IMG/VR virus record: IMGVR_UViG_3300032295_001370
Span: 1 to 33,687 of that record
DNA: 33,687 nt
Strand: one strand, 5' to 3'
Origin: a virus
Taxonomy: Duplodnaviria; Caudoviricetes
The position numbers and the translations under genes were made by a program. Positions within the stretch are counted from its first letter, which is position 1, and each line of letters starts with the position of its first letter. This document shows, in pieces, positions 26,759 through 33,687 of this stretch. The notes under the pieces were generated by a model. The model saw nothing but the letters and a program-made list of their open reading frames with translations. It ran no database searches and was not told where the DNA came from.

Positions 26759-28033
26759 ATGCCTTCATCACTAAACCTTCAAAGAAACTCTGAAGTTTAT
26801 ATGTCTACTGTCGACCTAGCCGGTGGAGATACTGGCTCAGACATGACACCTACAAATACTTGGAGAGTAGAAGTACTCGCCGGTTATGCAGCAAGTCAAT
26901 CAGCCGCTACTCAAGATATTACATCACTAGAAAGTGGTCTAACTCCTGACCGTGGTACACAGCGCTTCAACACTGCAATCAACCCAACTGAATGGAGCTT
27001 CCAGACTTACCTACGTCCAACTGGTGTTATTAATACCGCTGGTCCAACTGGTACTGATTCTACTGGAAATTCTCAGCCACTAGCAGACTGGTTCCTATGG
27101 CAAGCACTACTATCTAATACTGCATACTCTGTAGGATTAGGAGCTTCTTCTAAGCTACAGTCTACTTGGCAAAACGGTGGAAGATTTGCACTAGGAGCTC
27201 GCGCAGCTTCTGGTAACTCTGCTGCACACACCTCTAACATGGCTCGTGCAACTGAGTACAACATGTACCTAAAAATGGATAACGTAGTATACCAAGTTCA
27301 AAACGCTACAGTTAACGAAGCTTCTATCGACGCTGCAATCGACTCTATCGCTATGACTAGCTGGAGTGGTTTTGGTACTGATTTTATCGAACTAACAAGC
27401 ACCGCACGTAATGATTTTATTGATGTTGTGGGCGGAGTTCTAAATGACGGAAGTTCTGTTACAGCAACAGCCTCACCAGTTGCTAATACTCAAGCTTCTG
27501 CATACCACAGCTATGCAAGATACAATGTAGGTGGATCTGTAGTTACAAGCGCATTCATTCAGAATCGTTTAAGTGCTATTGAAGTATCTCACACACCTGA
27601 AGGTGGTTCTGTATCTACTTATACGTTCCCTGTAACTGGTCTAGGATTTACTTATTCTAACGCACTAACTTACCTAACTCCAGAAGAACTAGCTGCTCTT
27701 AATTCTCCAATCAGTCAGTTCACTGGTTCTAGAACTATTACTGGTAACTTCACTGCTTACCTACGTTCTGGAACAGATGAAAGTGCTCAGTTCCTACGCA
27801 ATATTTCTAACGACACTAGAACTAGTATTGCTCAAGCAAGTACTGCTAACCTAAAGATTGGTGGTGCTACCGCTCCGTTTGTTGCAGCATACATGCCTGC
27901 TACTCAGTTCAACTTCCCAACTCACACTGTGGAAGATATCATTGGTATTTCTGTAGAATTCTTGGCTCAAGAACCTACTGCTAGCCGTGGTACTGGTAGC
28001 GAACTAACACTGTTTGTTTCTGCCGCATCTTAA
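26759..28033 (+). CDS. Major tail tube protein (T5 pb6-like)
   Basis: N-terminal L.L.RN....ST...DIT..E.G..P.RG..RFN...N..EWSF.TY..P matches my recollection of T5 pb6; strong AAGGAG SD. Confidence 0.85.
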   Translation: MPSSLNLQRNSEVYMSTVDLAGGDTGSDMTPTNTWRVEVLAGYAASQSAATQDITSLESGLTPDRGTQRFNTAINPTEWSFQTYLRPTGVINTAGPTGTDSTGNSQPLADWFLWQALLSNTAYSVGLGASSKLQSTWQNGGRFALGARAASGNSAAHTSNMARATEYNMYLKMDNVVYQVQNATVNEASIDAAIDSIAMTSWSGFGTDFIELTSTARNDFIDVVGGVLNDGSSVTATASPVANTQASAYHSYARYNVGGSVVTSAFIQNRLSAIEVSHTPEGGSVSTYTFPVTGLGFTYSNALTYLTPEELAALNSPISQFTGSRTITGNFTAYLRSGTDESAQFLRNISNDTRTSIAQASTANLKIGGATAPFVAAYMPATQFNFPTHTVEDIIGISVEFLAQEPTASRGTGSELTLFVSAAS

Positions 28034-28040
28034 TAACAAA

Positions 28041-28156
28041 ATAAACTACGCTTGAGGGGGCGTGGTTTATAAAAAATGCAGTTGGGTAGCTACCTCAGCA
28101 AGCTATTAGATCTCCCCTCACTAATAGTAAGTTGGATATGGTAGCTACCCTTTTTT
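28041..28156 (+). ncRNA. Candidate structured cis-RNA: two hairpins with complementary loops, ending in a terminator-like U tract
   Basis: Stems 28041-28051/28060-28070, 28084-28094/28140-28150 and 28103-28109/28121-28127; loops TGAGGGG (28053-28059) and CCCCTCA (28114-28120); T6 at 28151-28156. Confidence 0.65.
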
Positions 28157-28178
28157 ATAATAGAAATGAGAGGAAAAT

Positions 28179-28610
28179 ATGAGTTTAATTAAAAATTTAA
28201 TGGTAACAGAAAAGGTTACCGAAGTAGAGTTTCCAGATATTGACGGGTTCGTAGTTCATGTTAACTATGTCGGTCGTGACAAAATGATGAAAATTCGTAA
28301 CAGCGCACTAGTATATAAGTTTAATAAGCGTACTCGCCAGCGTGAAGAAGAAGTGGATAACGATAAGTTCCTAGAAGCTTATACGGAAGCTACTATCAAA
28401 GGTTGGAAAGGTCTAACTGTAAAAGGACTAAGCCAGCTTATTCCGGTAGACACTTCAAAGATGAATCCAAGTCAAGAGATCCCGTACTCACAAGAAGACG
28501 CTCTTGATTTAGTTAAGAACTCTACTATTTTTGATCAATTTATCACTGATACGCTAAACGACTTTGATAACTTTGAACAAACTAGAAAAGAAACTGAAGA
28601 AAAAAACTAA
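28179..28610 (+). CDS. Tail assembly chaperone (gpG-like)
   Basis: Lies between tail tube and tape measure; GAGG SD; I.GWKGL motif; ends in a slippery sequence. Confidence 0.85.
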   Translation: MSLIKNLMVTEKVTEVEFPDIDGFVVHVNYVGRDKMMKIRNSALVYKFNKRTRQREEEVDNDKFLEAYTEATIKGWKGLTVKGLSQLIPVDTSKMNPSQEIPYSQEDALDLVKNSTIFDQFITDTLNDFDNFEQTRKETEEKN

Positions 28611-28646
28611 AAGACTTCCTCCGCAATCAACTTCATGGCGGAGGAA
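28601..28646 (+). other. Programmed -1 ribosomal frameshift signal (A AAA AAC plus downstream hairpin)
   Basis: Heptamer at 28601-28607 directly before TAA; the -1 frame is open and in frame with ATG 28646; 9-bp stem TTCCTCCGC/GCGGAGGAA begins 8 nt downstream. Confidence 0.85.
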
Positions 28647-28978
28647 TGTCAGCTGACCAGTACTACGCTATGTGCGAACAAATGGGTTGGGAACCAAGAG
28701 AAGATGAAATTCCAAAAGATATTGGTTCTCTCCCATTTACTAGTCAGTTAGCTGTTTTATTTTTAAACCTACTTCCAGATCGTTGGGACACTACTGGTGG
28801 CGGATGGTTAGGAAAAGATTTTGCACCTTTAGAAGCTTTTATGAACATACATGAGGCGCAAGATAGAAAAGAAATCCTTGATTTAATACTAATAGCTCAT
28901 GGCGTACTAGCTGAACACTATAATCAGCAAAAAAAGGCTAGAGATTCTGCAGGTAAGAACAAGGCAAGAGTGAGATAA
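28601..28978 (+). CDS. Tail assembly chaperone C-terminal extension (gpT-like), expressed by frameshift
   Basis: The -1 frame reads KKLKDFLRNQLHGGGMSADQYY..., continuous with track ORF 28646..28978. Confidence 0.8.
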   Translation, partial: KKLKDFLRNQLHGGGMSADQYYAMCEQMGWEPREDEIPKDIGSLPFTSQLAVLFLNLLPDRWDTTGGGWLGKDFAPLEAFMNIHEAQDRKEILDLILIAHGVLAEHYNQQKKARDSAGKNKARVR

Positions 28979-28981
28979 GGT

Positions 28982-31900
28982 TTGGCGTTAATTAAGAATA
29001 TAATTCAGACCCAGTTTACTAGTACTGGATCTGGCGCAGTAAATAAACAAGTAGAAACTTTAAACAAAAATCAAACCCGCCTAGCACAGAGTAGTGCTAG
29101 CGCGGGTCGCTCTTTTGCTGCACAATCACAAGGTTTAGGTGGTTTAGTTGGTGCTTATGCTGGCGCCGCTGCAACTACCTTTGCTTTACAACAAGCCTTC
29201 TCAAAACTAGCTGCTGCTGCTCGTGCTGAACAAACTCTTACAGGTCTTAAAAATCTAGCTACTGCTAGTGGTGAATCTAGCTCTATTCTACTTAAAAATG
29301 TTCGTGAAATAACTAACAATCAATTAACACTGGCAGAAGCTGCTCAACAAATTAACCTTAGCTTAAGTGCTGGATTTGATCAAAAGCAAATTGAAGGATT
29401 AGCTAACGTAGCCATAAAAGCTTCTCGTGCGTTAGGCCGCGATTTAACTGACGCCTATACTCGCGTTATTCGTGGTTCTGCTAAACTAGAAACTGAACTT
29501 CTAGACGAACTTGGTATTTATACTAAGATTGGTCCGTCTACGCGAGCTTATGCGGCTGCTTTAGGTAGGACAGCTGAATCTCTAACTGAATTTGAACGTC
29601 GTCAAGCATTTGTTAATAGTGTTATTGCAGAAGGAAATAGAAAGTTTTCTGCTATTAATACTACTATACCTACTACTGCTGAAAAGCTTGAAGCTTTTGG
29701 GGTCAAGATTATTGATGTGGCTACTCAGCTAGGTATTTTATTAGCTAACTATCTAGCCCCTTTAGCTGACTTTTTAACTAATAACTTTGCCGGTAGTTTA
29801 GCTGCGGTAGGAACCCTTTTTGCTTTAATCTCTAAAACAGCCGTAACAGGATTAGGCGCCGCCATAGGCACAGTTGAAACTAGAATTAAATCTTTTACAG
29901 ATAATACTAGCGGTTGGTTAGCTAGAAATGGTGGAGACTGGCAAGGATACTCTAAGCAGGCACAAGAAGCTATGCAAAGCGTAAATACTCAAATGCGTGG
30001 TTTAAATCGTGCAGAGCAAAGTCAGTTGTCTGTATTGCGTGAAACATCTAAGCAACGCGCACTTACTAGTTCAGAGCTAAAAACTGCTAATTTAATATTA
30101 ACAGAACGCCAATCAGGATTACAGGCTTTAATACAAACTCAAAAAGATGAAGTTGCTAGTTTAACGGCTTCTGGAAAAGCTACTAAACTAGATAAAGATC
30201 AAAAAGAAGCACTAAAGAAAACCATAGAAAATGTAAATACTAGATTAGCTATTAATGAAAAACTACTAGCTAGTACTACCTCTCAGCAACAAATTTTTGC
30301 TGCAGCACAAGTTACTACTGGTGCTAAGCTAGCTACTATGGCAAAAACAACTACAACGGCTATGGGTAACCTAGCAGTAGGAACTTTAAATGCAGGTAGA
30401 ACTGTATTAGGTTTAACTACCGGTTTTATAGGTTTTATTTCTGTTGCCGCTCTAGTAGGTAGCACAGTTGCTGGATTAATGGGAAAGCAAGATGCCTATA
30501 ACGCATTGCTTCAAAAAGGTGCCGCATTCTTAGCTTCGATTTTTAACCCACAATCAGTACAAGGATTAGATCAAGCATATGTAGATTTATCTGCTAATGC
30601 GTTAGAAAACTTATCTAAAGTAGACTCCAAATTAAGAGCAACAGATTCTTATAAGATTAAAGATAAAGTTTTTGGTGTGTCTGTAAATATTGAAAAAACT
30701 AAAGAAGATTTAGTTAAAGGCGTAGCAACCGCAGTACAAGAAGCTGAGCAAGTAGGTAAGCAGTCTAGTTTTGGAGAGTCTCTTGGTTCTTCATGGGGTT
30801 CTGCTATACTAGGTACGTTAGGGGCTATACTAGGGGCTGGTTTAGGTTCTGTTATAGGCCCTCTAGGTACTGCTATAGGTTATAAGACTGGAGTTCTTAT
30901 GGGTACTGCTATAGGCGCAGCATTTGGAGCTTATCTATTTCCGGCAACTCAACAAGCAGTAGAAATTAGTGAAGATAGATTAAATGAAATAGCTGGAATG
31001 CTAGGCAAACAAGATTTATTTAATTCATCTGAAACAAATGAAAAGCTAAAAAATACTGTAGCTATACTAGATGAGCAGTATGGTGCTATGTCTAAGCTAT
31101 CTCTAGCAGGTAGACAATTCTATATAGACTCTTTAAATACTGCAATAGCATTAGTGGATGCTACAAACAACATGGAATTGTTTGCGTCTGCTGCAAATGC
31201 TACGGGCATACAGGTAAGTGATTTAAAAAATAGATTCAAAGAGATTTCTAATTCTTCTGTAAACTTAGAACTTAATCCTATTCTTACAGGTTTAGATTCT
31301 GTGGAATTACCCCCAGTAACAATAATTATACAGGATGAAAAAAAACTAGTTGAAGACTTAAATAAAATACGAGATAGAGTTCAAGAAATACAAAACATGA
31401 GTTTGAGACAAAGAGTACTTCAAGGTATTAATGCTTCAGGGCTTAGTAAAGAATTTATACAAAGCGTAGACGACAGTGTAAATAAACTTGGAGAGTTAGC
31501 TCTTTCAACTCAGGCAGTACAAAATGACGTATTAATAGCTAACAATAATTTACAATCATTCTCTGATTCCATAGATAACGGTTCTATAAGTCTAGAAAGA
31601 TTTGCTGAAAGCGAAAGTTCTATATCTAAAACACTACAAAGATCTTCTCAAGAACTTGACGTAGCTAAAAATAAATTAAGAGAACTTACTGCTGAAAGAG
31701 ATAAAGCAAGTAACGCACAGGGAATAGACCCACAAATAATAGCTAGTTTAGACGCTCAAATTGCTGGTCAGCAAAAACTTATAACAGCTGGAGAAGAAGG
31801 AATTGTTAAGTCGCGTGAGCGTTTAAGAATAACTATAGAGAGTGGTGAAGGTCTAAAAGAGATACTAAAAAGTGAAGAAGCGCTAAACGCTTTATATGAT

Positions 31901-33687
31901 GCAGAGCTAAAAACAAAACTAGAACTACTAGCCGTTGACGAGGCTACAGGAGCTATAGCAGCTACAGCTTTTGAAAAGGATATGGCTCGTGCTAAATTTT
32001 TAGCTAGTCAATTAAATGAAACTAAGAATTTTAATGAGCAAAGACTAGAGTTTGAAGCAAAAATTAACGATGTATTACAAGCATCTGGAAAAGATCAAAT
32101 CGGATTACAGACTGAACTATTTGGCTTAGCAGGCAAAAATGCTCAAGAGCGTATTAAACAAATTGCTATAGAAAATAGTTTTAGCACTGAGCAGCGAGAT
32201 CGTCAAGGTCAAATAAATGCTCTAACTGGTGAAGCAGCTAAAGGTTCGGAACAATATACAAATGCCTTAAAAGCGGCTAATGTTTCAGCAATACAGATAT
32301 ACGAATCACTGCGTTCTGGTGCAGAGGACTTCGAGAAACAAATCAAACAAATTGATAGAGATTTAGTAGAATTAGTAGCTGAAAATCGTATCGTTAAGCT
32401 AAACTTAGAAGTAGAATCTTTAAATTTAGATTATCAAATAGTTCAGGATCAGCTAGATGCGCAAATCGCGTCTCTAGAATCTCAAATAAGTATTGTAGAA
32501 GCTATAACAGACTTAGATAATTTTGCTACTGTAGACTCTATCGTAAAAGAAGTAAACGCCGCTCTTGCAGGTACTAGCATTAAGGTAGAAGTACCAAAAG
32601 AGCTTCAAAATTTAAATGCTGTAGAGGCAGCAAAAACAGTCACACAAAAACAATTCGATATACTAAAACTACAAATAGCTGCCGAAAATAAGCGTTACTT
32701 AAACGAGCTTCAAAATATTTCCCTACAAGAAGATATTTTAAAAGCAGAATACGCACTTGAGGTTACTAGAAGAGAAGCAGATAAAACAGCTAGAATTGCA
32801 GAGATATCCCTACAAAAAAATAACTTAACTGCATTGGCTACAACTTACAGAGACGTACTAGTAGGACAAAGAGAAATTAACCAGTCTCTAGTAACTTCTT
32901 TAGCAGGTGTATTCTCTCAAGCAGCACAGCGCATAGCTACAGCTATGGGCTCAGAAGTAATGCCTTCAGCTATAAGAGCACCTACCGTAGGTGGCGCTGT
33001 AGATATAACTGCTAATTTAGAGGCAAGCCTAGAACCTTATGTCGCTGCTGCAGATGAGCTTATAGGTAAAATAGGCGAAGCTGCTAAAGCCGAATCCTAT
33101 GCTGCTGCAGAGGCTCAAGCTACTGCATTAGCTAATATAGATAAGCAGAAAAAGGCTTCAGGCGCTGCTCATGAGGCTAGAATGGGTGAAATTGCTAATG
33201 AAGCTTTATTAACTGGTATAGCAGGTAGTCAAGCACTTAAAGAAATAGCTGCTGAAGCTGCGAAAGGATCTGAAGAGCGTGCTAAAGCGCTAGAAGAAAT
33301 GCAAAAGTTGCTAAATGAAGCTGGAGAAAAAGTAAAAGAACTAGCTAAACAATTAGCTCAGCAAGTTATAGAAGCTCTACAAGAAGCAGTAACTACTGTT
33401 ATGCAGAAAAAGATTGATCTTTTAGCTGCTCAAGAAGCTATGATCTCTGACACTCTAAGTTACGTAGCATCTAAAACTGAGGATGCAAGTAGCAAGTTAC
33501 AACAAACTCTAGAAAAGGAAAACTCTCTAAGAGAAGAAGTAGCCGCTAAAACAGAGGCACTAACTCAGTCTTATGAAAACTTTGTAACTGCGCTTGGCGA
33601 CGCAAATGGAAAAGTAAAAGAGTCTGGCAAAGAGTATATAACTAAGTTATTAGATCAGAAGCGTTCTATAATGGAGCTTAATAAAAC
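28982..33687 (+). CDS. Tape measure protein (T5 pb2-like), 3'-partial, at least 1568 codons
   Basis: TTG start; MALIKNIIQ...GRSFAAQSQGLGGLVGAYAGAAA...ELLDELGI; Ala/Leu/Glu-rich helical sequence with hydrophobic Gly-zipper stretches. The same frame is coding-like at the window end; absent from the ORF track, presumably because it has no stop in the window. Confidence 0.92.
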   Translation, partial: MALIKNIIQTQFTSTGSGAVNKQVETLNKNQTRLAQSSASAGRSFAAQSQGLGGLVGAYAGAAATTFALQQAFSKLAAAARAEQTLTGLKNLATASGESSSILLKNVREITNNQLTLAEAAQQINLSLSAGFDQKQIEGLANVAIKASRALGRDLTDAYTRVIRGSAKLETELLDELGIYTKIGPSTRAYAAALGRTAESLTEFERRQAFVNSVIAEGNRKFSAINTTIPTTAEKLEAFGVKIIDVATQLGILLANYLAPLADFLTNNFAGSLAAVGTLFALISKTAVTGLGAAIGTVETRIKSFTDNTSGWLARNGGDWQGYSKQAQEAMQSVNTQMRGLNRAEQSQLSVLRETSKQRALTSSELKTANLILTERQSGLQALIQTQKDEVASLTASGKATKLDKDQKEALKKTIENVNTRLAINEKLLASTTSQQQIFAAAQVTTGAKLATMAKTTTTAMGNLAVGTLNAGRTVLGLTTGFIGFISVAALVGSTVAGLMGKQDAYNALLQKGAAFLASIFNPQSVQGLDQAYVDLSANALENLSKVDSKLRATDSYKIKDKVFGVSVNIEKTKEDLVKGVATAVQEAEQVGKQSSFGESLGSSWGSAILGTLGAILGAGLGSVIGPLGTAIGYKTGVLMGTAIGAAFGAYLFPATQQAVEISEDRLNEIAGMLGKQDLFNSSETNEKLKNTVAILDEQYGAMSKLSLAGRQFYIDSLNTAIALVDATNNMELFASAANATGIQVSDLKNRFKEISNSSVNLELNPILTGLDSVELPPVTIIIQDEKKLVEDLNKIRDRVQEIQNMSLRQRVLQGINASGLSKEFIQSVDDSVNKLGELALSTQAVQNDVLIANNNLQSFSDSIDNGSISLERFAESESSISKTLQRSSQELDVAKNKLRELTAERDKASNAQGIDPQIIASLDAQIAGQQKLITAGEEGIVKSRERLRITIESGEGLKEILKSEEALNALYDAELKTKLELLAVDEATGAIAATAFEKDMARAKFLASQLNETKNFNEQRLEFEAKINDVLQASGKDQIGLQTELFGLAGKNAQERIKQIAIENSFSTEQRDRQGQINALTGEAAKGSEQYTNALKAANVSAIQIYESLRSGAEDFEKQIKQIDRDLVELVAENRIVKLNLEVESLNLDYQIVQDQLDAQIASLESQISIVEAITDLDNFATVDSIVKEVNAALAGTSIKVEVPKELQNLNAVEAAKTVTQKQFDILKLQIAAENKRYLNELQNISLQEDILKAEYALEVTRREADKTARIAEISLQKNNLTALATTYRDVLVGQREINQSLVTSLAGVFSQAAQRIATAMGSEVMPSAIRAPTVGGAVDITANLEASLEPYVAAADELIGKIGEAAKAESYAAAEAQATALANIDKQKKASGAAHEARMGEIANEALLTGIAGSQALKEIAAEAAKGSEERAKALEEMQKLLNEAGEKVKELAKQLAQQVIEALQEAVTTVMQKKIDLLAAQEAMISDTLSYVASKTEDASSKLQQTLEKENSLREEVAAKTEALTQSYENFVTALGDANGKVKESGKEYITKLLDQKRSIMELNK

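Noticed and set aside
28041-28156. Intergenic structure as a tRNA or hammerhead ribozyme
   Set aside because: No cloverleaf or T-loop motif and no CUGAUGA/GAAA core; kept as an unassigned structured RNA.
4494-30465. Short minus-strand ORFs in the track (4494, 7072, 10159, 13448, 13793, 15708, 17358, 21232, 21643, 21970, 25841, 27073, 30283)
   Set aside because: All lie antisense to long plus-strand genes and show no motifs; they are shadow ORFs.
1-33687. Stop-codon reassignment
   Set aside because: Genes tile densely under the standard code, and TAA, TGA and TAG all end genes at sensible positions.

Overview
All genes lie on the + strand. The window is an AT-rich virion-morphogenesis region of a tailed dsDNA phage whose core genes look T5-like (siphovirus; Demerecviridae-like gene order). 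The right half (17.1-33.7 kb) holds: terminase large subunit, HNH-type nuclease, portal, a fused prohead protease-major capsid ORF with an internal in-frame start, two inserted genes, a head-tail adaptor carrying a LamG-like insertion, tail completion and terminator proteins, a pb6-like tail tube, tail assembly chaperones joined by a -1 frameshift, and a 3'-truncated tape measure gene. The left half (1-17.1 kb) is a large fibre/adhesin cluster built from repeated cassettes (stalk, small adaptor, tip, chaperone). It includes an unannotated 56-aa minimal stalk paralogue, an 11-residue repeat shared by three fibre genes, beta-propeller and Gly-rich tips, an S74-chaperone fibre and a stand-alone cytidylyltransferase-family gene. 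The most notable unexplained signals are a two-hairpin RNA with complementary (kissing) loops between the tail tube and chaperone genes, the modular fibre cassettes, and the protease-capsid fusion with two ribosome-binding sites. All family assignments come from motif recognition by eye, not database searches.
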